Assembly (NCBI RefSeq): GCF_009914755.1
Contig: NC_060939.1
Length of the DNA stretch: 64,000 nt
Strand: one strand, 5' to 3'
From: the human T2T-CHM13v2.0 reference genome, Homo sapiens
Shown: piece by piece, positions 14,659 through 28,377 of the stretch
Layout: each line of letters opens with the position of its first letter
How positions within the stretch are numbered: the stretch's first letter is position 1
Made by a program: the position numbers and the translations under genes
Notes under the pieces: model-generated
Database searches by the model: none
What the model was told of the DNA's origin: nothing
The model's input: the letters and a program-made list of their open reading frames with translations, nothing else

Positions 14659-17600
14659 CTGTTTAAAGAAATAAAGGTAAAAATGGAAATTAAGAGTATC
14701 TCAGTGATAATATTTGTATATATCACTTTAAGCTTTACAAATCTTCTATGTATATTAGCTCATTTAAGCTTCACATTTAAATTAAGTGTATTTATCTTTA
14801 CTTTTGCATTTAAACTTCACCTGAAACTGAAAGGCGAAAAATTATTTAACTTCTCTGGGTTATTTCTATATTCAGATGAGGAAACATCTTGAATACAGAA
14901 ATAACAAAACCCAGAGAAGTTCAATATTTTTTCTAAGATGAAACAGCCACAAAGCAGTGGAGCTAGAATTCTAACTCAAGTTTTCTAACTCCCAAACTGG
15001 TTTATTTTCATTCTTGTCCCCCATCCAGCTTGGATTTAGTATATACACAATTTAACAACAAAGAAAATACTTTTTAAAGAAATCACGAATAATCCTACCA
15101 CTCTAAAAAACATTAGTTTACCTTTGTTTGTCATTTCCTTCCAGTCTTTATCCATAAGTATGGCAAGTTTTACATCACTGTTATCATGATGCACATAGCA
15201 TTTTAAATCTTTCCACTCACCATTACATAATAAAAGCTTTAATGTCACTATTTACATTCATGAGTTATTAGTATTATTAACAGCCACTTATTTGAACTTG
15301 TATCTTTCTCCAGGCACAGTGCTTACAAAATTTAATTACAATATCAACTTTGCTTTTTTCTTTTTTCTTAAAGAACAGGTGATAGTAACAACTTTGCTTT
15401 TAACAAACTACTATAAATATGTTACAGGTGAAAAACTGGAGACTTATATATTAGGTAACTTTCCCAAAGTTTCACAGTGAGTGAAAAATTCAGAACCACA
15501 TCTATTATATTGTATTGCCTCTTCTTAGTGCTTGTACACGCTTTCATCATCTACATCAAAGAAGTACCTTGCGATAACAATGGCATGTAGTTACTGACCA
15601 TATATTATGTATTCTAACCTCATAGTTGGAGGTTTATTTGTAAATTAATTTATCTGTTCATTTGTCTGTTCAATCATTCAATTAAAAAATTTTGAGTATG
15701 TACTAGGTGACAGGTACTATGCCTTATATATGATATTCCTAATTTCACAACTACTGTGATAAACAGTATTATCCTTACTTTACACATGAGCAAACTAAGG
15801 CTTACAGGCCTGATGGAGATGGAAGTTAAAATCAAGTCTATCTGGTTTTGAAGCCCATGAGCTCTTTCTTTCTTCCTTTTTTTTTTTTTTTTTAAAAAAA
15901 AGCTTATTACTAAACTCATATATTTATACATTAAAAAGAGAAATTGTTCTACAAGACTAATTAAAAACAACAGTATCTCTCTGCCATGCTCACCCCATTT
16001 TCTGCTCCCTAGAGGCAACACTTTTGAATTGCTTTAACTAATTCTTCTGATATTTAGTGTGCTTCTGTAACTATCATACTCATGGCCACAGATAATGATT
16101 AGGCATGTTCCACCATTCCAGTCCTAACCATAAACATGTGCCCCCAAAAGAATTATACTGTAATTTTAGTTAGATCAATATTCAGTATTTACTTTTAATG
16201 ATATTCAGTATTTATTTTTATTATGTAAATAATATTCACAGTTGAGGGATGTAATTCCCTAAATAATCTACTTTATTCTAGAGGATTTTTAAAATTTGCT
16301 CATGAAAACTGTTTGATTTTTCATTTCCTCACTTTTCTATATACAATTCACCTCCACGTGTTTCCCCATTTCTATCAACTCTCAATACATTCAAATGTAT
16401 AAGGTACTTTATCAGTTTCATCTTGTTGAAAAAAATCTCTCCCAGAGCCTTCTAACTTGCTCCAATTTGGAGTGGTTTCCCTCATTGCCTGCTGTGCAGT
16501 TGTCATTTGAAAAGCTACTTTCATCATTGTAACAGATTCCTTTTGTCTCTTTTGTTTCATAACAACATGTCTTTTGGTATGGGTCTATTTTCATCCACTA
16601 TGTTGGGCACTCAGTGGCGTCTTCAAATCTGGAAAATCGTGTCCTTCGGTTCTGTAAAATTTGGCTGAATTACTTTTTCAATAATTTATCCTCCGTTTTC
16701 TCGGTTCTATCTTTCCAAAGTTCCTACCATTGGGTCATTGGATCTCCTGAATGGAGCCTCTAATATTCCCATCTCTTCCATTTCTTCATTTTTTGCTCAA
16801 CATTCTGAGATATGTCCTCAAATTTCCTTTTGATTCTTGAGTTGCTCCTTTATCATATTTTTAATCTTCAAAAGCTCTTTTTATTATGAATGTTTCTCTT
16901 TCATGCACCATTTGGTTTCATGAATACAATTGTATTTGTTATGCAAAAGGCCTGTTGATAGTTACATTTGTCTATCTTGAAGTGTTCTATTCCCTGTATA
17001 GTTTATTTCTTCCAAGTTGTATTTTATCTGTTAATTTTGGTTTCTTCAATATAAGGTATTTCCTCAAATATATGGTGATCAGTGGTATGTGATTATTATT
17101 TAAAGTAGGGTAAAAAAAAAAAAAAAAAAAGAAAGAGGCTGCTTGGAAGCTCTAGTGTGCCTTGGTGGGCCTGCTAAAGTATGGTCTTCCTTACAGGGTT
17201 ATCTGGTTGGTTGACTTTGCAGGGAGAGCTCCTGATAGTAATATATTCAGGGTTTTCCCTAAGGGCTAGACAGAAGTCCCCAAAACTCTTTGAACCATTT
17301 GCTTAGAACCATTTGCTTAGAGGGTATGGGAAATGAAGAAGGCTGGCAAATCTTAACATTCTGTATATAAACAGTCATTAAATCCCTATGTTCCAAATAT
17401 GTGCCCCAGCCCTCAATTGTATCTAGTAAACTCCAGGTCCAGAGATACTCTGTTTTATACTTTCCAGATAATAAATTTCTTGTTCTGCTATAATTGGGGA
17501 AGGTCAGCCAGCTAGATGTATCTTTCTCAGCTTTACTTAGCTGGATTAGGATTTGGCTTTCTAGTATGTATTAACATATTTAAAATTTAAAGTCCATTTA

Positions 17601-18200
17601 CTTTTTGGATTCCACAGTTTTATTGCAGTTGTTTTCACTTCTAAGTTTTTTTGAGGGGGAGAAAAGTCCTTCGTAGATTTTGTCATTTTAGCAATTGTGG
17701 GGGAGGACGTGGAAACTAAATATATATAATCTATTATTTCCAGATGTATGTTATTCTACTGTGTCACATCTTATTTCTCAATATTTGGTTTCTAGTATTA
17801 TCTGCTCTGGATTTGGATTACCTTAGATTATACCTCTACAGTCAGCGAAAAAGTGGTCTTTAATATGGTTATGAACCAGAAAAATTTCAACATAATCTTG
17901 TAAGTTTTCTGCGAGGCCCAAATGCTTATACAACATAATGAGGGACAAAGATATTTATTTGAAAAATAAAAATTCCATAAGCTCTCTTAAAGAGAACAGA
18001 ATTATCTCCTGAAAGGCCTTTTCAGTTCCATTTCTAAAATGCTTACCTCAGAACAGAATCCAAGTCCAAAGCTGGCACCTATTTTCAATCTTATTTAGTC
18101 TCATTCTCTTTTACAACAAAATACCATAAGTCATGTAACAATTTGGAGACTTTCCCCAAATCATACTGCTAAGTATAGAGGGAGATAAAGCCCATTATAC

Positions 18201-18734
18201 TGAAGGGAACCAGTATGTGCCACCCCAAAATATTCCTCTTTGAGATAAATATTTTTAAGCTAAAGGCAATTAAGAAGTAGATGCAGAAAAGCTCTCTACC
18301 CTCCCCTGTTCGCCTAAAAGCAGGATATAAATTTGAAAGGTGTTCTTTCTTCCCTCTCTACCAACAAGGACAGAAAATCACTGGAGACAGTGTAGACCTT
18401 TATTAGCTAGAAATGACATCAGAGGAATCTACCAACTTTACTCCGTTAGTTTCCCCATAAATTTACCTTCCCAGTTTTGTTACCTTTGGAAGCCTGAAAC
18501 TGCTTATCTTTGTCTTGTCACTTCTCTAAAATTAATTGTTCATTGTTGAAGACAATGTATAAGCCAGATTCCTAAACCACTGTTTTGAGTTACCTTTCCT
18601 CTGCATGATGTGCATGCACTGTATGCACTAACTTGCTTATTTTTCTCTTGTTAATCTGTCTTTTGTTACAGGATTCTGTCCCAACTATGAACTTATGAGG
18701 GTTGAGGGAAATTTTTCTTTTCTTCTCTTCAACA
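18201..18734 (+). mobile_element. Solo ERV1 LTR, MER34-like
   Basis: TG...CA ends; tgaagggaaccag...gccaccccaaaatat start; cttgttaatctgtcttttgttacagg end; family assignment from memory. Confidence 0.6.
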
Positions 18735-18919
18735 CATATCTTAACTACTATGTGCCTATAAACAGTAGGTACTTACCATTTCTTGAAAAATTGGTAAATA
18801 AGTTTAATTTCAAAAGTGGCCTATCAATTATGGTTTTTTTAAAAAAGCTCAGTACTTAACTATAGTCAGTTATCAAATAAAATTATATAACCCCTGTTAA
18901 CTCCGTGTATACTTTATAC

Positions 18920-19032
18920 CTTATATCTGAATCTGAAGCCTTCTGTCTCACTGCCAACTTGGTAATCTCTCCTTGAGACATAGTCTTATGAAGTTTTGCT
19001 TGTTCATCAACTGACGAAAATCGCTGTGATGT
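18920..19032 (-). CDS. MYO9A: MYO9A coding exon (~exon 27): TSQRFSSVDEQAKLHKTMSQGEITKLAVRQKASDSDI(R)
   Basis: 113 bp, phase 0/2; attacag|ACA ... AG|gtataa. Confidence 0.95.
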
Positions 19033-20358
19033 CTGTAATAATTACATATGTGAAAGATTTAATGCCAAGTAAATATATGATAGCACTGTAATTTAAATTC
19101 AGGTTACAGAATTACTTGAGCTATTTAAAAACACACAAAACATTGATATTATTCAGAGATTCATTGAAATAATAGAGCCTACTGAAAACTCTATATAAAG
19201 TAATCTGAAATAAAGATGACTTGGTCAATGAAAATAAACAGGATCTACCAGTTCATATTTTCTGACAATTTAAAAAAGAATCTCAAGTGGAAAGGCAAGA
19301 AAGTGAAAACCATTTAAAGATAGAGACAAAAGATGCAGGATCTAATAAATCTAGAACGCTAAGTATTGTTTTTCAAATCTCCTTTTATTTATCCCAAAAG
19401 GTGGTTATTACTTTCATGGCTTAACTTGCTATTATAAGTTCTTCATATATCTAATCAATAATTTAAAAGAGATGGAATATGCAATGATTTTTAAAGAGCC
19501 AAAAGATGACAGGATAAAGGCTCATTACCATTATTAATGGTCTAAATTATAAACAACTTATAAGGCTATCAAACTGTGACCTGATTTTTAATTGGCAGTT
19601 CTTGTTCCATTTGTTTAAAATGTGTCCCTCTAAAGACAATCCTGTTCTGAGGAGAGAATTTCTTGTTATCTATTCAAGTCATTTCCTAATATTTCATTTT
19701 TCTGTAGTTATAATATTCTTTCTTTAGCCTTTTGGTCTGCCTCACTATGGCCTTATTAACAGAAAGAGGAAATACCTTAAGTTGGCAAAGATGAAGTAAT
19801 AGGGATCTGGTCTACCCACTTACCTGAAACCAACAAAAAACCCAGACAAAATAATATGAAACCGCAATGTTTAAAACAATGGACAGATACCCCTGAGAGA
19901 TGGGAAAAAAGGGAAGTATGTTCTACACTTGTTTCTAGGCTGTGATGCAGAGAGGAGGAACCCAGGTGAAACTTGACAGACTCTAAGTGGAACACATGAA
20001 GCTGAAAGTCCAAGGTGAGCACAGTGACTAGAGACCAAAAGACAGAGTACTGGAGAGGAGTGAGAAGCACAAAGATAGAACTCTAGAGATCTACAGAAGG
20101 TCCACATTGAATGTTCAGCTTGAGTACTAATCAACACTTTGTATGAGAAAACAATCCAAGACCAAGAAAAAGATCACTTGAAAGGATTAAAGGTAATTGA
20201 GCCCATCACTCACAAAAGGTCAGTAATAGTGTCTATGCCCAAGAGCCAGAGCATATAACTTTATGATTCCCAGGGCACTGGGCAAAGTATAGAGAGGATC
20301 TCACCTCAATAGTCAAGAATAATTAGCCCTAGACTGAGTACTGTTTGGGTCTAACAAA

Positions 20359-20391
<33 letters not shown>

Positions 20392-23366
20392 GACATGGTC
20401 TTGCTCTGTTGCTCAGGCTGGAGTGCAGTGGTACAATCACAGCTCACTGCAGCCCTGCACTCCTGGGCCCCAGTTATCCTCCTGCCTCAGCCTTCTGAGT
20501 AGCTGGGACTACAGGCACATGGCTCTGTGCCCAGATCTTACTTTCCAGACCTCTGTGCAAATAAATTGAAAAGTTAGATGAAATTGATAATTTTATAAGA
20601 AAAAAGGGTTTACCAAAATTGACCCTGTTAGATAAAAGGTTTAAAAAAGACTGATTTCCCTAGAAGAAAAAAAGAAAAACTTATCCAGGAACTACACCAC
20701 AAAAAAGTACCAATCCCAGGTGGTTTCATAGAAAAATTCTGCCAAATCTTCAAAGAACAGATAGCTGCAATGCTATAAACTGGTCCTGACTTTTTTTAGA
20801 GAAATAAAATACACATATAAATACTAAGTGTATAGTCAACAGTGTGGCTGCTGTCTTAAGGCTGCCAATCCAAAACTCTTAAGTAATGAACTTTGTTCAA
20901 TAACAACCAGTTTTCTACCACGCAAGACCAACCTCAAAATCACCTAGCCCAGGTCCTAAAACTTTATGAATATCCTCTCCTGACTTCTCCCTTGTGAGAT
21001 ATTACTAAGACACAGTCAAAGTGGGTTTTCTCTTACTGTAATAAGCTAATAAACAGCTTTGTTTGATCAACAGGTTTTTCTGGCAGTCTATGGAGTAGAC
21101 ATCAGAGAGAAAGAAAATTCAACACAGACAAGGATCAGAGAGTATCTCAGAGAATAGCAGAAATAGGAATATAAGAAGTGACAGCAGTTTGGGGGGAATA
21201 ATGAGAAATTTAGTTTTACTATGCTAGAAGTAATGAAGATTGAAATTCTGGAGAGCCATTCAGAAGTCATATCCATAGAGATGACTGCTTTAAATCTGGG
21301 GGATGATAAAAGAAAACTGTACAGAGAAAAGTATAATGTTTCCTATACTAATCCTATAAATAAGGAATAGAAATGATTTTACTAACCTGCTTACCATTCA
21401 GAAGACAGAAACTAAAAAAAAACTATCTTAAAAACAACTGCTTAGCAGAAAACGCCATTCTTCTTGAGTAAATGCCAATGTGGTGTGTATAAAAATGGAG
21501 TGAGAGCAGCACATAGAGACTAAACAGTTATTCAAACGGCAGCGTTTGAAGTAAGAGGTTAAAAAACACCAAAGTCACTAAGGAGGGAAACTACTACACT
21601 TGTTTCCCCTCCCACAGCAGGTAACAACTGATTAATAATTTAAAAACTCAAATCTCCTTCAATTCATTTGTGAATGTCTTTATCCCATTAGATTGGGTTA
21701 CTTCACAATTAGAAAGGTCATACAGCAATTTCTTCCAAGATTTAATGACACACTTCAGAGTAATAAAATCAGTTTGTCCAGAAAAAAAAAAATCCAGCTT
21801 TTAAAACTCCATGTACCTAGAAAATCAAATACATTTAAAATCCAGAAAATACTGTGAGATTGTAGTAGATTTTATTTAGACACAATACATCTTCATCTTC
21901 ACAATATCAGATAATGTTAGAACGTGGAATATTCTCAAGATAAATAAAAAGAGAAACACATTTAAAAATTGTTCCTACCCACCCCATCCCCAACCCTGGT
22001 AAGTAACTATCCACATATTCTACAAAGCAAAGCTTCTTCATGCAGTGTCCACCAGAAACAAGCACCACCACCTGTTCCTAAAATAGCTCGTGGTGAAAGA
22101 GAAGAAAATGAGAAAGCTGGCGACGTGACTAACACACTGTGCAGGGAAGTGCTCTACAACTACTGGCATGCAGTGACCGTCAAGCAGGTGAACAGAGGCT
22201 AGAACACTGAAAGGAGCTGAATGCTCCAAGCAGAAAGCCCAACTTCCTGGTTCATCTCAGTAAAAGTTCCCAGTGTAAAAGAAGTCTATCACCAAAAGGA
22301 CTAAGGGTTGTTACAAAGGAAACTCTCAGAAACAAAACAGCAGTCATAATGCCAAAGTTTTTCTGCAAACAATAAATCTATGTATACTAGACAAAGCAGG
22401 ACTTTTCATCAAAATTAGTTTGTTCCATTACATAATTTCGTATTTAACTGTTAATCAGATAACACAGTATATTTCCTTATTTATAACTCAAATACAGGGC
22501 ACCTCCAAAATGCTATTATTTTATTCTACACTGAAGATTTTGGCTCTAATTATACATATTATCAGATACACAGAATGTTTCCAATTTCTATAATCCTACA
22601 GTTCGGCTCAGGTTAATGACTCATTTATCTAATCAGGGGACTTGTTTTGCATTTTTCTCTTTTTGTTGTTGTTGTTTTTGCCTTCATAAGACATCACTTT
22701 TGTCACTTAAAAACTGGGTCTACCTCCAACAAAAGATAAAAGACAACGAGAGTATTCTGGACAATAGGAGAAATTTCAATTAATTAGATCTTTGACAATT
22801 CAAACAGCTTAAAACAGTTCAAAGATAGAATATTTAATGAGTCAAATAAAGACCATTCTAAAATTTTTCTCTGATAATTGACAGACACTAAAGAATATTA
22901 GAGAGCTCAGTTACAGATATGTATGGAAATAAAATGTTATTTCACTCTACTTCATCAGTGATGTTCTGGTTCATATTAGACATACGGTCTTTATCTTATA
23001 TATTTCTAGGACAATTCCAAAATAAAATTCTTTGCATTAATATACCCATCAATATACTATAATACTTGTCAAACCACATATACACCTGATTTGGGCTGAG
23101 AAGATGATATAGTTATATTCTTAGCTTAAAATGGTGCAGCTTTATTCAAACACAACACCAATGTTATATTGTGTGATTAATACAAATTCACATTACATAT
23201 AGCCTTCTATTTGGCTGGGTTGGTCCAGGAAGACACTTTTTGCTCACTATATGTTTTAAAATTCATGTTTATTTCTTATTAGTGGAAAGTGAGGTGGAGG
23301 AAGAAAGTTTACAGGCAAAAAATGTAAAAGTGCATTGTAGCTAAAAGCTACTGGATTATTTTAGAC

Positions 23367-23617
23367 CAAGGATCAGTAAACTAAACCACGGATCAGTAAA
23401 CTATGGCCAACAGGTCAAATACAATCCACTGTCTGTTTTTGCAGTTTTATTACAAGACGGTCATGCCCATTTGTTTACTTAGTGTCTATGGCTGCTTTCA
23501 CACTACAGTGGGTGAGTTAAGTAGTTAAGTTAGGTAGTTGCAATAGAGACTATATGACCCACAAAGTCTAAAATATTTGTTATCTGGCCGTTTACAGAAA
23601 AAATGTAAGGACCACTG
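23367..23617. mobile_element. MER58A-like hAT-Charlie element
   Basis: gtctatggctgctttcacactaca...atctggcc.tttacagaaaa; 8-bp TSD-like ttttagac/ctctagac. Confidence 0.75.
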
Positions 23618-23881
23618 CTCTAGACCTTTTAGGATACAACATGGAAAATTTCTACATTAGTGCCAAGTCAAATAATCTTAATTTTGCCTAATTTGTGGCT
23701 TTTTAAAGTGCCCTTTATTTGAGTTCTATTAAATTAAGGTTTAGCTTAGTTGCTGTGTTCACTGAGGTTTCCCATGCACAAACCATTACATGGGAAGAAG
23801 CTGTGAAGGTTAGCTTTAGATTAGCAAAGACTATTTCCATCAGATTTGCTTGCTATTTTTCTTATATTGCTGTAAAATTAC

Positions 23882-24094
23882 CATTTCGGAGTCACTGTGA
23901 GAGGCCTGACCCAGGCTGGGTGCAGGCCCTAGCTCACAGTGAGAAGCTTGGTCAAGGGAGAGAAGGGGCTCAATAATGTCATCGTAATCATCTTCCTCTG
24001 TATCCCCCTCCCCATCGGCAAAAGTACCTCTAGTCAAGAAATCGGAGCGCGTCCGCGCCATTCGAGCTTTCTTTTTATGGGCCGGTCTGGCAAC
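23882..24094 (-). CDS. MYO9A: MYO9A alternative in-frame cassette exon, 71 aa: VARPAHKKKARMARTRSDFLTRGTFADGEGDTEEDDYDDIIEPLLSLDQASHCELGPAPSLGQASHSDSEM
   Basis: 213 bp, phase 0/0, open frame; caagcag|GTT ... ATG|gtaatt; CpG-rich relative to flanking intron; size matches my recollection of a longer MYO9A isoform (2619 vs 2548 aa). Confidence 0.88.
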
Positions 24095-24595
24095 CTGCTT
24101 GACCAAATGATAAAACAAATAACACAACAATGTTTGGGGTTTTTGTTCTTTTTGAGATGATGCCAATGAAAGACATCAGAGGGCTCATGAATTTCTTGAA
24201 ATATCCCTCCACCCAACCATGCCCTTTCCACTAGCAGAAGTGACAGGGATGACCAAAAGGAATCTGTATACATTACTCTGGATGAAGGACTAGAATGGAA
24301 GCTAAATCTACACTGTTCTACATAGCCAAAGAAGTCATCTTTCACTGCCATAGTAAGTCAACAAAGTCTCTTGCACAAATTGCCTTCTTTTTCTTAGCAA
24401 CTGGGTTTTTAGGCACCATTCCCTGCCTGGAGTACACCTTCATAATTATAACAATCTCCGCTCATGGCTTCTTTCTCTAAAAACACTTGGGAGTAAATGG
24501 GTAGATGAGGTGCTCTACCTACAAGAATAATAATTTCCAAAATAATGTACATCTCTTTTGTATAGAAGATAGATAAACAAAAACTCAAAACTTAC

Positions 24596-24695
24596 CTCTC
24601 TTTGGCCTGGCCCAGCTAACTTCACAGGTTTCCATGCTGGTTCATCTTCTTTATGGAGTTGAGGATTTTTACTGTTTAAGGCTTCTTTGCTGACA
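24596..24695 (-). CDS. MYO9A: MYO9A coding exon (~exon 26): VSKEALNSKNPQLHKEDEPAWKPVKLAGPGQRE
   Basis: 100 bp, phase 2/0; tttaaag|T ... GAG|gtaagt. Confidence 0.95.
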
Positions 24696-25211
24696 CTTTA
24701 AATAAAACAATGAAATTACATTTCAGTTCTTAGCAGATATCCCATGGCAGCCAGGTTAAAGACTTCCAGCAAATTCCATAAATATTTTCAGATCTTAGTC
24801 AATTCCCAAGACAATTAAGTCATATTTTTTCTGCTTAGCTAATTAGTAATAATAATCCTGATCCTACGCATAAGACTGAATTACTAAAGGCCTTGTCCTG
24901 ATGATCAGTGGGTATATTCCACTATGAATATGACATATGTTTAAGAATAGTAGCTGCAAAATAAACTCAAGAAATAAAATAGATCTGATGATGGGGAAAG
25001 GAAAATACCAAACCCCTGAATCTTTAGAATACTAGTCTTACAAGGGGCCTTTCCATCTAATCATTATAAAATACCTGAAAAATAGCCATCCAGGGATGAG
25101 GATCTCATTATATTTTATACTGAGATGGTTCTTATTGGTTAGAAAACTCCTTCTGAAATCTCTCTTTGTAGTTTTCATCCACTGTCTTTGAGTTTTAAAA
25201 CTTGACGTTGA

Positions 25212-25522
25212 GGCCGGGTGCAGTGGCTCATGCCTGTAAACCCAGCAGTTTGGGAGGCCGAGGCAGGCGGATCACCTGAGGTCAGGAGTTTGAGACCAGC
25301 GTGGTCAACATGGCAAAACTCCGTCTCTACCAAAAATATAAAAATTAGCTGGGTGTGGTGGCAGGTGGCTGTAGTCCCAGGTACTTGGAAGGCTGAGGTA
25401 GGAGAATCACTTGAACCCAGGAGGCAGAGGTTGCAGTGAGCCAAGATCGTGCCACTGCACACTCTAGCTTGGGTGACAAGAGTGAAACTGTCTCAAAAAA
25501 AACAAAAAACAAACAAACAAAA
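25212..25522 (+). mobile_element. AluS-type SINE
   Basis: Alu consensus; TSD-like cttga(c/t)gttga. Confidence 0.9.
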
Positions 25523-27413
25523 AGCTTGATGTTGAATAGCCTAAAATCAACACTGGCAGGGTAAGAAATTGTTATCAAACTAAAAGTATGCTCCAGACAA
25601 TACAGGTGTTACAGTGTTAGCTTATGAAAATTTAATTTTGATTGAAAAACTGTATGATGAGAATGCTTTATCATTAAATTCTGGGCAGAAATAGATGCCA
25701 GAATCTGATGAAAAAGTGTATATAACCTTCATGGCCCCAATTACCTATATTAACTCAGTACCATGAGTCTCATCAACAACATATTGATAATCTCTCCTGA
25801 GCAGAACTGTAAGCTCCTTGAGAATCATATCTTACTTCCAAGGATAGTGCTAGCTAAAATTAGACACTAACTTATGATACTAGTTGGTAGATTAATTGTT
25901 CTTCCATTCAAAATCTTTCATTTAATTTTTATAAAAGTAAGTCTAGGAGCCATAAGAAATTATCTTGCCCTTTGCCTCTATGCAATAAGCCCGAAACAAA
26001 CACAAATAGATGCAATCTTTGCTAGCTATAGGCTTCTTAGAGATCTCCCTTTTTGAGCAATGTATGTACAATGTGTATAAGCCTAGCAATCCTATCTTGT
26101 TCTAAAGGATTCTCTTCTGGCTATCAAAATCTCTCTTGCCACAGTTGAGCCTATTGGACCTTCATTTATCCTCCAAAGAGAAACAACAATTAATAGGATC
26201 TTGATAGTACTTGACCACTGCAATTAACCTTTTAACTCACAACATTTTCTTTAGACTTCACCATGAATTCTTTTTGTCCTTTCTCATTAAACAGTTAAAA
26301 ACTACTGTGTACTCATCACCACTACAGTACAAAAGGGACACTAACCTAGTATTACTTTCTAATTATAAAACCCAATGCCGATCCTTAATGATGAAATGCA
26401 AGTTCTAGTCCCAGCCATTTCTCTAAATACATGATCTTGAATAAGTCATTTCACCTCTATGGGCCCCAGTGACCTTATCTGTAACATGTGGGAACTGGAT
26501 TACATAATTCAGAAGCACCAGCATTTATGATTCTACAAAATGTTAATGTTTCTAATATTACTTATACAACAGGATGAGATTTAAAGTATGAATTTTATCT
26601 GTAGAGTTTAATATAATCTAATATATAATAATTTTAAAGATAAGTAGATCATTAATAAAGCAATAAAAGAAATCAACTCAAATACACCTACAACTATGTA
26701 TCTTGGAAAAATAAGATAAATATTTCACAAGGATGATTAATATTTTTTAGAATCCACAATTTGTTTTTTACAAAACAAATTCATGGATCCAACAGCTACT
26801 TTATAAGTGTATACACCTATAATACATACACACACATAAATGTCATAATTAATAGACATTAAAGAATATTAAAGAGCTCACTTACAGATATGCATGGAAT
26901 ACCATGTATCACTAAACTTAGAATGACAGGGAATATGTTTTTAACACTCTCTTATGGATGCATATGCTACACAGAGTCTTTGAACTTCTGGGAAATCTGT
27001 AGGTTAATGGGTGGGAATAATACTTAAAACTGTCATTAAGCTCAACTGCACTTTGTAATACTATAGAGACTCTTGGAAAAATATATTATTGATCATCTCT
27101 TGCCCACATTTACAAAGGATTTCTCTAAAATCCATATGAAATTTTAAAGGGTGGAACATTTAAATGTTTGGGTTATATATAAAAGGAGAGAAAAGGTTAT
27201 TTTCATTGTTAATGTAAAATTTATTTTTAACCCAAAGATACAGCCCTCCTTTCATTTCAATGATGACATTCTCCATAAGAACCAAAAGAATCTACCAAAT
27301 ATAAAGATAATACAAGTATCTTCAATTTTGTTAAATTTGTTTTTACGTACCACTTAAAAATGCTTTTCTCATGACTACCTCTAGTTTAAAAAAGTATAAA
27401 GAAATTCTACTTA

Positions 27414-27785
<372 letters not shown>

Positions 27786-28377
27786 CTACAAGGAAAAGCA
27801 GAGTTGTTCAATGGGTACAGAGTTTTATTTTACAAGAAGAAAAAGTTCTAGAGATCTTTTGCAAAACAATGTATATACAGTTAACACTACTGTACTATAT
27901 TATTTAAAAATGGTTAAGATGGGAAATTTTATGTTATGTGTTTATCACATACAAAGAAGTATAATGAACGTAATGATGACCATAAATAGGCCAACAGCTG
28001 TAACAAAACAAATTAACTTCTTTAAAGCCTGAAACAAACAACCTTCAACTACTAAACTTCACAGCTGTAAAGCAACCAGTATTCGGTGAATGCCTACTAT
28101 GTTTATAGGCACTGTACTGCCCTTCACAAATGCTTCTCACTTAATGGGGAGGAACCCAGTATTTACTCTGCTATTCATGATTAGTCAAGGATTCCTAGGA
28201 TATAACTACATCCAACTTCAGGTGATGGTAGAGTCAACAATTAGGGAATATTTTTACAAAGAGAAAATGGCCAAGTTGAGCAGCCACTTTACACAAATAG
28301 TTGGAGCAGAACAAGGCACCTTAATAAAAATACTCCAAGAAGTTTCCCATTTATACATAAATAAACATTTCACTTAC

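Noticed and set aside
21395-21411. Possible 17-nt microexon (ttttttttag|...AATG|gtaagc)
   Set aside because: Not frame-preserving, competing upstream AG, no supporting motif; consistent with chance
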